The notes under the pieces: model-generated
What the model saw: only the letters and a program-made list of their open reading frames with translations
What the model was told of the DNA's origin: nothing
Databases searched by the model: none
Assembly (NCBI GenBank): GCA_964016885.1
Contig: OZ024741.1
Span: 62,868,001-62,932,000 of the forward strand
Length of the DNA stretch: 64,000 nucleotides
Direction of reading: 5' to 3'
From: Eledone cirrhosa
Taxonomy: Eukaryota
Shown: positions 41,661 to 56,179 of the stretch, piece by piece
Layout: every line of letters starts with the position of its first letter
Numbering within the stretch: the first letter of the stretch is position 1
Program-made: the position numbers and the translations under genes

Positions 41661-42330
41661 CGTTATTGTTACGTTTGTTGTTTTATAAATGCATCTGTTG
41701 CTTTTGAATATTTGTTATTTGATGTAAAATGTAACGTTGAGAGAGAAGTATGTATTTAGTGTTATCGGCTTTTTAAATTTTGCATTTGATGTTTGAGTGT
41801 CGTTATGACTGTAGAGAGAGGGAATAATATATTGTAGAGAGAGGGAAGAGCTACGGAGAGAGTAAAGCTATGGTTGTTGTGTTGCTTAGGTTTCAAAGTT
41901 TGTGTCGCGTTCCTTCAAAAGAAGTTTTGTTGTTCTAAACTGTAAAGGGTAGAAAACGGAGGCAGTAACCTTTTAAAGAGAGTTGCAGAGGAGATTGAGG
42001 GGGGAGTAGAGAGAGTGATGAACCTTTTAAAGAGAGTTGCAACATGTATGTAGTTTCATATATTTTTTATGGTAGTAGTGAGAGGAATGAAGCGTGTAAG
42101 AGAGAGGGTTACAGCATGTATTTAGTTTTTATCGATTTCTTTTCATAGAAGCAGGACATTTTTGGCAAAAATAATTAAGTGTTGACCTGCCCTGGTAAAT
42201 CTGGAGCACATTGGAAAAAATTCATCAAAATCGGTAGAGAAATGTGGAAATGCATAAAAATCATACACACACATAGACAGACATCTACCGTTTTATATAT
42301 ATAGATATATATATATATAATATATATATA

Positions 42331-42480
<150 letters not shown>

Positions 42481-42742
42481 AATGAAAAAATGAAACGAAA
42501 TTTCATTTCTCACTCTTAGTACGGCTGTTACTTAAATATAAGTATGTATACGTACATACCTATATGTATACAGACGTACAGTAGTATGCATATATATACA
42601 TACGTGCACACATATATATATGTACGTATCGATTTACTGAACATTTATTATAATGCTCGGTTTGTTTGTAAACAAACATCCCGAATAAGCCGTACAGTGT
42701 TTAGTAACCATCGTTGCCTTTTTGTTCAACACTGACAAAGGA

Positions 42743-42785
42743 ACGATGTACTAGTTTCAAGCTTATTAGCTATCGTCAGCACCGT
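42743..42785 (-). ncRNA. Type I minimal hammerhead ribozyme
   Basis: ACGGTG-CTGACGA-tAGCT aata AGCTt-GAAA-CTAG-TA-CATCGT. Confidence 0.82.
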
Positions 42786-43145
42786 ATACCTTCCTGCCAG
42801 ATGATTGAACGTCTGAAAGTATATACTTTCCTTATGCATATTAACGGCTGAGCAGCCTAATTTGCATATCGAGTGAGTTAATCGGCCGGGCGCACCGAAA
42901 ACAATAAACGGAAAAAATGAAACGAAATTTTATTTCTCACTCTTAGTACGGCTGTTACTTAAATATAAGTATGTATACGTACATACATACATGTATACAG
43001 ACGTACAGTACTATGCATATATATATATACATGCAGACATATCGAGTGAGTTAATCGGCCGATATGTAAATTAGGCTGCTCAGCTGTTAATATGTATAAG
43101 AAAAGGATGTACTTTCAGACGTTCAATCATCTGGCAGGAAGGTTT

Positions 43146-43188
43146 ACGGTGCTGACGATAGCTAATAAGCTTGAAACTAGTACATTGT
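43146..43188 (+). ncRNA. Type I minimal hammerhead ribozyme
   Basis: ACGGTG-CTGACGA-tAGCT aata AGCTt-GAAA-CTAG-TA-CATTGT. Confidence 0.82.
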
Positions 43189-43369
43189 TCCTTTGTCAGT
43201 GTTGAACAAAAGGGCAACGATGGTTGCTAAAGACTATACGCTTAATTCGGGATGTTTTTAAAAATAAATGTTCGGTAAATCCATACGTACATATATATGT
43301 GTGCATGTATGTATATATATACATACTACTGTACGTCTGTATACATATATGTATGTACGTATTCATACT

Positions 43370-43472
<103 letters not shown>

Positions 43473-43640
43473 TACTATATATATATATATATTATATTTA
43501 TATATATATATATAAATATAATATTTATATATATATATATATAAATATAATATTTCTTATTGGCAACATGACCAAAGTATAACAATATATATATATATAA
43601 TATATATATATATAATATATATAATATATATATATATATA

Positions 43641-43709
<69 letters not shown>

Positions 43710-43726
43710 TAATATATATAAATATA

Positions 43727-43764
<38 letters not shown>

Positions 43765-43889
43765 TATATTTATATATATTATATTTATATATATACATAT
43801 ACATATATATATATAAATATATATATATATATTATATATATATATATATTATATATATTATATATATATATATATATTATATATATATA

Positions 43890-44678
43890 TATTGTTATAC
43901 TTTGGTCATGTTTCCAATAAGAAACACACGCACCAGTTTCTTTCACTTCAATTTATGATAATAAATTCATAAATTTAGGAATATATAAATTTCCGGTTGG
44001 TTGGTTGGTTCCACAACCAGATGATTGTTTATATATTGTCAAAGTTCTTTCGTCACACATTCTGTGACCTCTTCAGTGACTGGGTATTCTTTTCTTTGTT
44101 TTTGTGCCTCTCCTTTGTTCTGTCCTACGCCATCTTGTTTTTGTGTGGGTTGTGTGCTTAGTTTGCGCATGTGTTACACCCGGGTGTCTGTGTGTGTTTA
44201 TATTTGTTTATTTATTTGTTTATTTTCATGTTACTGGTTGGTTGTTTGTTCTATGTGCGTGTGTGTTTTCATTTTGTCCTTAATTGTAATTGTGATGTTG
44301 CTGTTCCATTCATGTTTTCTATTTAATTTTGGTTGGAGTTCAATTATGTTTATTGCCTCTGTGATTTGTCTAAACTTTGCGTCTTTTCTGTGTGTAGATT
44401 CTATTTTTATTTCTATGTTCTCTAATTTACCCTTATGTTCTATTTTAGCAAGTTGGTAGAGTACGGATGATTCTTTACTATCTTGAAGGTCTCGCCAGTG
44501 TTCATTTATCCGTTCTCCTATACTACGAGCTGTCTCAACTATGTACACTATATTCTTATCTCTACATTGTCCCTCAGTACATCTTATGCTATATACTACA
44601 TTTCTAGTTTTACAGTTAATATGGGGACTCAATTTACAGATTATACATTTCTTATCTATACAGGGAGGTCTTTGAAAA
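43890..44678 (-). mobile_element. 5'-truncated Penelope-like element (GIY-YIG + hammerhead tail)
   Basis: ORF 44231-44632 NCKTRNVVYSIRC..YIVETARSIGERINEH..RQITEAINI..PKLN; both ends in (TA)n. Confidence 0.88.
44038..44080 (-). ncRNA. Type I minimal hammerhead ribozyme in PLE tail
   Basis: GTCA-CTGAAGA-gGTCACA gaatg TGTGAC-GAAA-GAAC-TT-TGAC. Confidence 0.78.
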
Positions 44679-44699
44679 TATATATATATATATTATATA

Positions 44700-44802
<103 letters not shown>

Positions 44803-45080
44803 AATGGAAGTACAGCATATTGGAAGCCACAGCCTCAGCCAAGCCGACGAATACTTTCAGCAGTGCAGCCAAGCACTCAACAAGGTGTAGGACCGCAGAG
44901 TAATAACATACAGTCTAAAGGGCTTTGCAAAATGAAGACAGCGACCGGTAATTTGGCCGGGGTCCGTAGCTATGAAAGGACTAACTAGTGAGAAAAAAAT
45001 TCATACACATATACATATATACTTATATATATATAAATATACATATATATATATAAATATACACATATACACATATATAC

Positions 45081-45129
<49 letters not shown>

Positions 45130-47298
45130 TCATATCGCATATTTTCTTTCTAATGGGTGGGTGTAGGAGAGCTAAAACTTGCTGACAGTCCTTTCTTATC
45201 TGGAATGTTTCGTTATTATGTTTCGTTTCGAAAAGTTTAGGGTAGTTGGCCGGTGATGCCGGATCATATTATTCGTGATGACTGCTTGTGTCTGGATATT
45301 TTGTGACTAAAAGGAGAATATATATGTTGTGCTATGTAAATATAGATTACATATCTCGTGCCTCGATTTGAAGCATGAGTTTAGATCCAGTGAACTTTTC
45401 AATATAAGCCATCTCATGATGTTGCAGAATACGTACCTATTAAAACCACTGACGTCAGATGTTTATCCTTAAACGGAAGCAAGATGTAAGAAACAGATAC
45501 TAAGATGCTGAATACTCAGAAAAATATTGACAAAGCATCCACCCTTTACATATTCCGTAATATGACACTCAGAGTCTAAGAGTATCAATATTTATATACA
45601 GAGGTGCTGTTGAACTGAATCTTAGAGCGGTGTACAACATTGACATTTACTTTTGCATCTTTTGTTCCGATTTCCAATCCTACTAAAGGGAATTTGTATA
45701 TCATCCTTGCACCCCGACAGAAATAAGTAGCAGGTAAATACAAAACTAAGATTCATTAAACATATTTCTTTCCTCTAGAACAAATACGCTGTCGTCTAGC
45801 AATTAAATAAATCTATATCGAACAAATGATTTAGTGTATGGGGCTGGACTTTCTTCGGTTCACACGACGGTTCACACGACGAATATTCTATTTGACTCGA
45901 TCAAGGTAGCAGCAGGCTCATGAAATTACACGTGTGGCTATAACACTTCAACGTAGTTCTTAGTGTGTACAAGGCTGGTCTTTTGAATTTAAGGTATGGC
46001 TCATTTTTGTCAGTCGTGGAGACTGGAATAACGGGAAATAAATTATCTTGTTAAATTACACATTGTGCCAGCGGTAATCGAACTGATGACCTTAAGATCC
46101 TGAGCTGAAGAACAAACCTACTAATCCATGTCTCTTCGGTCGCCATATTTAACACCAACACTATTCTGTTGCAAGTATTCGAGTTATTTTTTCAGATATA
46201 CGATACTATCCTCCCTCAATATACAAGTCTAGGTTAATGGGCATTGACACTCTTCGTGACTAAATAAGAAACAAATCTCCGTTCAATTTTCTTTTTTATC
46301 TTGAGGAAGTGATTGTAATCAGTTACATAGTTCATCACTCCCCTTTATACACACATATATATATATATATATACATGGTCCGAACACAAAAGATCCAAAC
46401 TCCCACTGTCACTGCATTCGTCTCTCCCGTTCTCCCATCTCTCACTATTGTGAGCAAATGGGGGCCCACGCGCTGGCCGCGCCGCAGCCCCCGGCAGACA
46501 GAATAGAGAAGAGGTTTCCCAGAGGACGGTGAGGGAGACGCGCTAGAATAGACATTCCAGCTCGCGAGGCTCACACATGCGGTTAGTCAACTCTGTGCCG
46601 ATTGTGGTGAGCAGGGAGGTGGCTCTAGGACGAAGGACAACAGATGTCTCCACAGCCAAAATACAGTGCCGATCATATACTGTGATCAGAAAATTCAATC
46701 GATCGTGCAACCTCTCTTACAAATTAGTAATCGCTTTAAGCTGTGAGAAATCGATAACCGCAATTATCAATGACGTACGAAGCCATATTCTTTTAAATAG
46801 TGAAATATAAGGTCGAATAAGCCACATGGCAATCATTCTCTTTGACGTTAATATTTTTAATGGAAATATAATTACATTTATAGTTTCTTAACATCTCAAC
46901 AAATTTGTTGCAAATCATAAAATAAAACTTTTTCGGAATTAACAGATATAGATTGAATTTATAAAACAAAACAAGCACTTTCGATGTTTATTTAATGTGA
47001 CCCCAATTACAAAAGCATTTTCTGTTGCCTTTTTTTTTCTCTAGTAAAGAACAACTTAGTTTATTCGGTCAGAATGATTCAACTAGTCAGGCAATATAAT
47101 CTCTTTAAATGTATGGAGAAATGTATGGAGCTGTAGGGCTAAGACATTCACGTCGAAACCAAGCGTTTTTCTTCTCGATCCCATTATGCGATACCTCGGT
47201 GATGAAAAGGTCAAGTATCACACACACACACACACACACACACAGACATACACACATATATTTATATATATATATATATACACCACACACACATATAT

Positions 47299-47349
<51 letters not shown>

Positions 47350-47435
47350 TACATACACAAACACACAGTTTTATATATCATTTATATATATACAGATATA
47401 TAAATGATATATAAAACTGTTTGTGTATCTATGTC

Positions 47436-47479
<44 letters not shown>

Positions 47480-48284
47480 CATACAGGCAAATATATATAG
47501 ACACATACTTTCATGCATACAAACGTAAATTACGTTTTCCGTTCAGTGGGTTTATACATGTTGTATATATGTGTGTGTGTGAGTGAATATGTATGTGTTT
47601 ATATAAACTCACTATGGTGTATTACCCGTGGATGGTAACTTCTAACCTCAAAAGGTCGCGGCATACATTATTCAGCTAGTCGTCTGTGAAATACAAGAAT
47701 ATTTATTTTATAGCTATACTTATGTATGTGTCTATCTATGGTTGCACATAAACATTTTGCTGTCTATGTGCATTCGACTGTATTAATCAAACAACTGGGG
47801 ATTCTGTTATATAGTTCCACATACAGCCTGATCAAATAAACATATGATGGAAAGAAAGCTAGGTGTGACCTCGGCTCTTTTTACTTTCGGCTTATATTAT
47901 GTAAAGGCGATGAATTGACCGTGTCGTTAATGTGTCAGATAAAACACCTCGGTGTTTTTTCCAGTTCAATGTGCACTGATTTAAAATCCATCCTAGGGCA
48001 ACTTTACCTTCCAGCTTTTGGGGATCGATAAATTGAAAGCCTATCCAGTACTGCGACTATTTCTCCATCTAAGTTTTTTTCCTTTTCACACGTTCGCCCC
48101 ACTTTTTTCTGGAAGAAATCAGCTGTGCTCACGCCCAGAGGAGAAGGCGCCTCAAAAGGTTAAAAATGTACATGGCACGCCGCGTATCAGGACAATGCAC
48201 CTACGGCTTGAAAAGTTGCGGACGTTTTCTTTCTATGTTGTAAGGACTACATAACCATTGTGTACTTCCTTTTTTTAAGATAAT

Positions 48285-49334
48285 AGATTACGTTTTCGTG
48301 AAATTTATACCGCGCACCTCCGTGCACTACAAGACAACATGAGAGAACGGTTTGTCGACCTTTTTCAGATGGACATCCCAATGTGGATAGTAGATCCCTT
48401 CATAGCTAAAGTCGACGATTTTGACGTTAAATTTCAGGAAGAATTAATTGAACTTCAGACAGATAACATTATCAAAATTAAATTTTCCAAACTAGGTGAA
48501 CCCCTTTTTTTGGATGCAAGAGGAAATTCAACGTCGATTTCCACTCCTACATGCAGAGGCTAAGAGATTTACTTTGCCTTTTCCTAGCTCATACTTAGTC
48601 GAGGGGGGGTTTGGCGCTGTTTCCAGACTACACAGTAAGGCTCGCAACCGCTACAATGTGATTACACGTGGAGATCTCCGGCTACATTTTACGAAAATCC
48701 AGCCTGACGTCAAAGAGTTAGCTAAACTCCATGAAGCTCAAGGGTCCCATTGAAACGAGGTCAAAGTAAGTCCATTTTTTATTTGTAGTTGCAGTCTGAC
48801 TGGTCTGGAAACCATCTACCACAATTCACTTAATCATTTGTTGTATATATTTTACCGTTTACTAATGAAAATATCCTCTTAAGTGGTAATGAAACCCCTC
48901 TTGCGTGGTCTCTAAGCTCACAAAGCGGAGGGGACATCAAGTTAGATATCAATATTTATTCTGTCCGTTTCATTAAATTGGAAAGCTTTGAAATAATACA
49001 ATTGCCACTTTCTTCCAGATAAGAGCACTCTTTGGATAGACAGAGTTGCTCTTGTATAAATGTTCAAAATAGCTGGTATCGTCTGGTGGGAATATAACAA
49101 ATTCAACTGGTCCTTATTCATAAAAAAGAACATTTATGTTCCTTTTTTGAAATTTATATACTTCCTTTCAAGGAATGTATTTATACTTTCAACTGCCTGC
49201 AATGGTATCTTTGGAATATCGTTAATCAATTTTTTAGTAATCTACTGATATCAAAATCAGTAGTATATTGAAAAATGGAAAAACAGGGTAGGGGGCGTTT
49301 CGTGATTTTCGGCGAAATGGGTTGAGAACCTTTG
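48285..49334 (+). mobile_element. hAT (Buster/Charlie) transposon 3' half with right TIR
   Basis: RERFVDL..PMWIVDPF..QEELIEL; LPFPSSYLVEGGFGAV..RNR..RGDLRL..AQGSH*; TIR-like GGTTGAGAACCTTTG followed by GTCTAGAG (NTCTAGAN-type target). Confidence 0.88.
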
Positions 49335-49889
49335 GTCTAGAGCATCACAAGATAATATTGAGTAACTGGTTTGCAGATTACCTCCATACAAACCTATAGG
49401 ATTCACACACCTTCTTCGTGTCTACAATGTATCACATTTTTAACAACACCCAATAACACATCACCAAATGTATAAATTCTTGGAATGCAGCTCGATGAGA
49501 TTGATTAGCTATCCAAATATTGTTGTTTACTTCCAGATCAGGACTGGTTGGAGAGACCTGTGGTTATAGATAGTGCAGTATTTGATAATCATTTGAAGGA
49601 GATTAATTATTTAAAGAAGGGCTGCAACATTAGCCCGTCTTTGTTGTAATGTTTTGTACAGCAGCCAGAACGATGCAGACTGTAACTGACCATCCGATCG
49701 TGCTGCAGTCTGATAACTTCTCTGAAGAACATGTGAAGTTAGATAAGTACATAGTATAGATGTAGTCACGTATTGAGAAATTTATTTGAAATAGATAATT
49801 TATACAATTTCATTAATTCACAGACTGGAAAGTGTAACAAAAACACCACCAAATACAATCAATAGAGAAGATAATGATAAGTTTTTTTA

Positions 49890-50080
49890 ATATAGGCTCA
49901 AAGCCAGCAATTTGGGGGAAGAGGAAAAGGAATTAAATCAACCCTAGTACTTCAGTCGTACTTTCTTTTATCGAATCCGGAGAAGTGGAAGATAAAGTTG
50001 ACTTCAGTGGGATTTAAACTGAAAACGTAAAGGGCCATAACTAAGTGTCACAATGCATTTTCCGACGCTCTAAAGGTTTT
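49890..50080 (-). mobile_element. Diverged Nin-domain SINE
   Basis: Similarity to other copies in the window. Confidence 0.6.
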
Positions 50081-50354
50081 GACAATCCACTGCCTTAATA
50101 ATAATGATTTCTTTATTAGCTACATGGGACTCACATCAAAAAAAATATTAAGAACGGTACAGGACGTCACAGGACGACACAGTGTGGAATTCCATGTACA
50201 CAATTTTAAGGAAAACAAAAACAATTCTCCAATAAGGTGGAAACTTCGAAGGTCCACTTTCGGAGAAAGGCCACGAGAAGCCACAGGCACCTATTCAATA
50301 ATATGAAATCATATAGAATTGGTTTTGAGCAAGGAAATGCAAGAGGATAGGAAA

Positions 50355-50975
50355 ACAACGATATTCTGGGATTGTGATTTTTAAACTGATAAAGTAATAA
50401 TTCAGTATCACCAACCGAATATTGTCGTATTAAACAAAAAAGACAAATACTGTCAGATCATCGTCGTAGTCATAATAAATGACACGGATATTGTCAGAAA
50501 GGCGATCGAAAAAATCATCAAGTATTTTGAATTGAGTGTGGAGTGGGAAAGGCTATATGGAATTCAAGAGGATGATATCAAAGTGATACCAGTTGTCATC
50601 GGTGCATTAAGGTCAATACCATTGAAACATCAAAACTTCTTAAGGTACTGGGAATAACAGACCCTATTTCCCGGCATCGAAGACACTACTTTTTTCCTAA
50701 AATAAGTCTCAAAAATCTACCATGCGTCCTGGATGCCGAATGTTGTTTATCATGTTTTTTTTTCAAATTTTTGGTTGTCTAAATTAGGGTGCGTCTTCGG
50801 CGCCGGGAAATACGGTACAAGTTAGGTGTCACACAGATGGCAGCTTTCCTAAATACTGCATGCATGATAGTATTATCTGTCTGAGGTCTTTGTTGCGACT
50901 TTACAGATGACTAAATATCCTGGTGCATCATCCAACTGCTCTGCTTGACAGAGTAATAATAATAATAATAATGAT
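50355..50975 (+). mobile_element. R4/Dong-type non-LTR 3' fragment (RLE), interrupted by a MITE, ending in (TAA)n
   Basis: ILWD..QPNIVVLNKK..EKIIKYFEL..IKVIPVVIGAL. Confidence 0.7.
50662..50815. mobile_element. Tc2/Tigger-like MITE
   Basis: TIRs CCCTATTTCCCGGCATCGAAGAC / GTCTTCGGCGCCGGGAAATACGG followed by TA. Confidence 0.8.
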
Positions 50976-51318
50976 TTCATTTATTAGCCACAAGTGCCGA
51001 CATGTAGGGGGCAATACAAAGACAGGGACAGTGGGGGTTTACAATAAGGTCAAGTAAAGGTACACAATGGCAAGACTAATTTAACAATGAAGATATAAAA
51101 AAATATTAAATAAACTATGCATAAATATAACAAAATAAATTCCCCGATAGGGGGTGGACGACCCTGGGGTGACTCAGGTACCCCACCAATCCTGAACCAC
51201 CCTGCGCTTCTAGGGCACCCATGGAGAGCACCCCTCTCCTCAAGTTAGCTAGCCTATAGGCGCATAGTCAGAGTAGGCCCATTCGCACGGGCCATTCTCG
51301 CCACATTCATCCACCTAT
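50976..51318 (-). mobile_element. 3' end of an L1/Tx1-like element related to 62240-64000
   Basis: GGCCCATT..CGGGCCAT..CTCGCCAC..CATCCACC and CCCC.ATAGGGGG shared with 62375-62545; inserted in (TAA)n. Confidence 0.6.
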
Positions 51319-51324
51319 AATAAT

Positions 51325-51535
51325 AATGATTTCTCTTATAGGGACAAGGCAAGTAATTTGGGGGGAGAGGAAAGTCGATTAAATCGACCCCAGTGCGTGA
51401 CTGGTACTTTATTTTATGGACCTCGTAAGGATGAAAGGCAGAGGCACCTCGGCGGGATTTGAACTTACATCATAAAGGCCTGTAACTATATGCTGCAAAG
51501 CACGGTGTCCGACCCTCTACCGATACTGCCAATCC
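51325..51535 (-). mobile_element. Nin-domain SINE
   Basis: Full head and core; (TAA)n flanks. Confidence 0.75.
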
Positions 51536-51546
51536 CTTGACAGAGC

Positions 51547-51583
<37 letters not shown>

Positions 51584-51584
51584 T

Positions 51585-51790
51585 TTTCTAGTATAGGCAA
51601 AAGCCAGTAATTTTGGGGGAGGGGAGTGTCGATTAAATCGACCCCAGTACGTTATTGGTGCTTTATTTTATCGACCCCGCAAAGATTAAAGGCACAGTTA
51701 ACCGCGGAGGGATTTGAACTCAGAATGTAAAGAGCTGTAACTCTATGCCACGAAACAGGTTGATCGACTCTCTACCAATTCTGCCAATTC
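51585..51790 (-). mobile_element. Nin-domain SINE
   Basis: Tandem neighbour of the previous copy. Confidence 0.75.
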
Positions 51791-52109
51791 ACCAAGAATA
51801 ATAATAACAATAACGATAATTATAATCATTTTTTTTCAAAAACAATTCGTTTCACATCATTTTAGATAGAAATTTACAAAGGGGTGAAATCATTTGAAAT
51901 AATTGGCAATGGCAATGAACAATAAAAAGAATTAAATACGTGATAACTATCTAAAGCTGAGAACATTTTCATACATATACGTGTATATGCGTTATTTTCT
52001 ATGTATGCATATATGGAATTATACAAATGAGTGTGCATATATGCATACACACATATACATATGCATATATACATATACATAATCGGATATACACTCATAC
52101 AGAGAATAT

Positions 52110-52151
<42 letters not shown>

Positions 52152-52177
52152 TTCGCAAAACAAATTCAAAAACAAAT

Positions 52178-52312
<135 letters not shown>

Positions 52313-52691
52313 CAAGGCACGTTTTAATAGATTATAAACAGAGCTATTAATTAGTTTTAACATTGTAGCACGCCTCTTAATAGACTACAACATTTCCCAA
52401 TACACTTCAACACGATTTTATCTTATAATATCTCATTTGGCATGTCTTCCTCCAGGTAAACTTCTGAAACAGTCTAGACTTTGTATTCGGCAAGATTAAG
52501 TTAAAATATTTGAGATTTCTGGCATCCTTTTATTCTTTCCCATTTTATCAAATTAGAATATATTTTGTTATTGTTGATTTCTATTGTCTCTGTCTCTCTC
52601 TGCACACGCACGCACACATACACTTATATATATATATATATACACACACACATACATATCTATATATAAATATTATATATATATATTTATG

Positions 52692-52780
<89 letters not shown>

Positions 52781-52967
52781 AAGAGCTTTGAACGAGTTCC
52801 TGTCTGTTCAATAATTATTCGTGTGAAATTGATGTGAGCGTTTATTCCAGGTTATTCTCTTGTTTGTTTTTATATTAGATTTTCTTCAAAGTAATTAAGA
52901 ATTGCATATATAACTCGCCTTTCGGTCAATTCTAAGCAAATGTATTTGTGAGAATACACACACACAC

Positions 52968-53004
<37 letters not shown>

Positions 53005-53059
53005 CAAAATCAGATACTGAGGTTACATAAATCGTTTAATCATTATAATCATTTGCAGC

Positions 53060-53200
53060 AAAGAGTTACGGCCCTTTGCGCTCTGAGTTCAAATCCCGCC
53101 GAGGTTAACTTTGCCTTTCATCCTTACGGGGTCGATAAAATAAAGTACCAGTAATACACTGAAATAATTGCTGGCCTTCTGCCAAAAGTAGAAACAATTA
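53060..53200 (+). mobile_element. Nin-domain SINE, 5'-truncated
   Basis: GAGTTCAAATCCCGCCGAGGTTAACTTTGCCTTTCATCCTTACGGGGTCGATAAAATAAAGTACCAG. Confidence 0.8.
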
Positions 53201-53464
53201 TAATCATTTCCACGGTTCTCCAGGCAATCGAGAAGTCCTGTATGCATTTGTTGCTGTTATGAGAAAGGTATCCTCAGATGATACTCGATTTATTTGCTAT
53301 GCCGCCGGCAGGGAAATACACATGTCCTTTTGCTTGTGTGCGCAGCAGGCATATGTGTTCCAGAAAGGGTCTCCCAGCCGTCGTGTATACTGGAGTAAAA
53401 TGTCAATTAGGGAAAAATGGGATTCACAGGATTCACGCAAACATCACGGAGTTGAGGTCGTAAA

Positions 53465-54825
53465 TCAGCAGAGAGGTAACCTCTCAAGTATGCTGATCTG
53501 TATCAAACGAAAAAAAATGGAAAACTGTGTGTAGCCAATGCCCAGTAGACAGTGGAAGTAATAAATGGAGCTCTGAGGGAGAGTGGGGTATATATTTTGT
53601 TGACAGCCACATTAAGACAACAGCTACAACAACAACAACAACAACAGCAACAATATCAACAACAACAGCAAAACACCGACCAAACGTCGCCCACACTGGC
53701 CGTAGCAGTCGTAGTGATAGGACTTAGCCCACTGACAACAACAACGATAGCAACAACTACAGTAAACAGCTACAACAACAACAACGACAACAACAACGAC
53801 AGCAATAAACGGAACTCTGAGGTAGGTTGATACACAGACTTGGTGGCAACAAAAATAGTAACGGCAACAACATTAAGATCGCCCATCACCCACCCCGGTC
53901 GTCGTAGTGGTGGTATCAGTGATATTAGTATCCAGTCAATGGCAGCGAGTACCCATTATCTGAGAGCCAGGCAGCGGTAACACCAACAACAATAACAACA
54001 ACACCAGAGATGAGCCCACCAACGATGAAGGCGGCAACAAGAAGGCCTCGCTTCAAGCCTAAGGCACAAAGCCAGTAATAATTACAGTGCAGAAAACAAA
54101 CTAACCACAATAGCAGTCAGTTGTAACTACAATGGCATAAATACTATCAAAAGGGCTGCTAGACTTCGGAAGTGATCTGTGGCAAGCGAAAATAGGGACA
54201 GAAAAACATAGAAAAACATATAAATACTGTTGTTTTTATGTATATTTGTCCCGTTTATTCTTATGTTCTCTATATGTGTACATGAATTTATATCTATATG
54301 TTTTATGTCCCTACTTTCGCTTGCCACAGATCACTTCCATAGTCTAGCAGCCATTTTGATAGTATTGATGCTATTGTAGTTACAAATGACTGCTTTTGTG
54401 GTTAGTAATTTTCTGCACTGTAATTATTACTAATCTTGTGCCTTAGGGTGGAAAAGAGGACTGTATTGACTGTGCATGAATTTATATCTATATATATCTA
54501 TATATATTGTTGTTGTTGCTGTTGTTGTTGTAGCTGTTTACTGTAAGCTGTTGCTATCATTGTTGTCTGCGGGGTAATACTATCACTGCGACTGGTACGG
54601 CCAGTGACGGCGACGTTTGGTCGGTGTTTTGCTGTTGTTGTTGTTGTTTATGTTGTTGTTGCTGTTGTTGTTGTTGTAGCTGTTGTCTTAATGTGGCTGT
54701 CAACAAAATATATACCCCACTCTCCCTCAGAGTTCCATTTATTACTTCCACTATCTACTGGGCTTTGGCTACACACAGTTTTTCGATACAGATCAGCTTA
54801 CTTGAGAGGTTACCTCTCTTCTGAT
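53465..54825. repeat. Nested fold-back element rich in (CAA)n
   Basis: 53465-53790 vs 54505-54825 and 54055-54185 vs 54315-54450 are reverse complements. Confidence 0.85.
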
Positions 54826-54854
54826 TTGAACATAAATACACGAAAAAAAAATCG

Positions 54855-54975
54855 TTAGAGCGTCGGATAGAGTGCTTTATTGTATTGGTTCCGGCACTCT
54901 GCTCTTTGAGTTCAAATCCTGCCGAAGTCAACTTTGCCTTTCATCCTTTTGCGATCGATAAAAATGTACCAGACT
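54855..54975 (+). mobile_element. Nin-domain SINE fragment
   Basis: B-box plus core. Confidence 0.65.
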
Positions 54976-55627
54976 AGTAGGGTGGATTCTTCCTCTATAT
55001 CTCTTTCTCATTTTCTCTCTCTCTCTCACTTTCTATCTTTCTCTGGAAGAAACCTGCTGTACTCAGGCCTGGAGAGGGATGGACCTTACTAGGCTTAAAA
55101 TGTCTCCAAAACGTATATTAATACGGTGCCCCTACGACTCTTCCTGGAATTATGGGACTATAGATATATAAGAAACAAATACGGCTAAATATTTGTCCAA
55201 AGCACTAATAACTTATATTTCTTACACTATGTAATTGCTTGCAATGTTTAATAGGAAACTGCCTGGAACCACCCCTGATTCTACCAGCATAACATATTCT
55301 AAACTATATATTTATCAAAAAAGTTTATATCAAAAACAGACCTGCGAACCTCTAAAATCCTAAACCGGTAGTACTTTGAAAAAACGTGCCCCAAATCGGT
55401 GAGAAATGAGGCAAAATTAGGAGATTTTCACATAATGAAAACTATATCCATTTTCACCCACTCGCTGACAGATCTCCGGTCGCATGGGGAGAGTCGATAG
55501 GTCTGCAAAAACATTAGTGTTACAAACACGAAACGGATATTACACATTCCTATCAACTTCTTGATTATTTTCCGAGTGATTTTAATATCATAGGACGTAT
55601 AGCCGTTTGACGTAAATGATTATAATA

Positions 55628-55808
55628 ATTGTTTCTACTTTTGGCACAAGGCCAGCAATTATTCCAGTGCATTACTGGTACTTTATTTTATCGACCCCGT
55701 AAGGATGAAAGGCAAAGTTAGCCTCGGCGGCATTTTAAATCAGACTGTATAGGGACATAACTCTATGCTGGAAAGCATGGAGTCCGACCCTCTCCCAATA
55801 CTGCCAAA
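55628..55808 (-). mobile_element. Nin-domain SINE
   Basis: Matches other copies in the window. Confidence 0.75.
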
Positions 55809-56133
55809 TAATAATTGTTGATCACAATAACTAGTAGTTGATAAAATCGACAAATTGTTCTTGGAGACGGGGAATGTGGACTGAGGCAGATGCTGGGAAA
55901 GTACGTTACCTATTACGCTAATGCTTCTGTCTTTTAGAAGCTTTATAAGTTCGTAACTAGAACTGTAAACATCCGGTGCTCTGAAATAGCCATATATATA
56001 TATATGAATGTATATATAGTGTATTTTGCAATACACTTTATGCTTAATTAAAAGCCTTTTGAAGACCGTATGCTATTGTTTTAGAGTAGTGACAGACTCA
56101 CTTACTTTAATTTCAGCAAACAGGGGGAGATAA

Positions 56134-56179
56134 AGCTGACAAGGCCTTGTTTCTGCATTTATTGATGCTTATCAAAGCC
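56134..56179 (-). ncRNA. Type I hammerhead ribozyme, U3-A8 variant
   Basis: GGCT-TTGATAA-GCAT caataa ATGCa-GAAA-CAAGGCCTTG-TC-AGCT. Confidence 0.8.

Larger units (their letters stand above)
38020..42305 (-). mobile_element. Helitron with both termini (A^TC...hairpin-CTAG^T)
   Basis: 5' TC at 42305; 3' GCCCGAGCAACGCCGGGC hairpin then CTAG ending at 38020; inserted at AT within TA repeats. Confidence 0.93.

Noticed and set aside
53552-53830. Poly-Q/T/N ORFs
   Set aside because: Products of (CAA)n in a fold-back repeat; no splice or domain support
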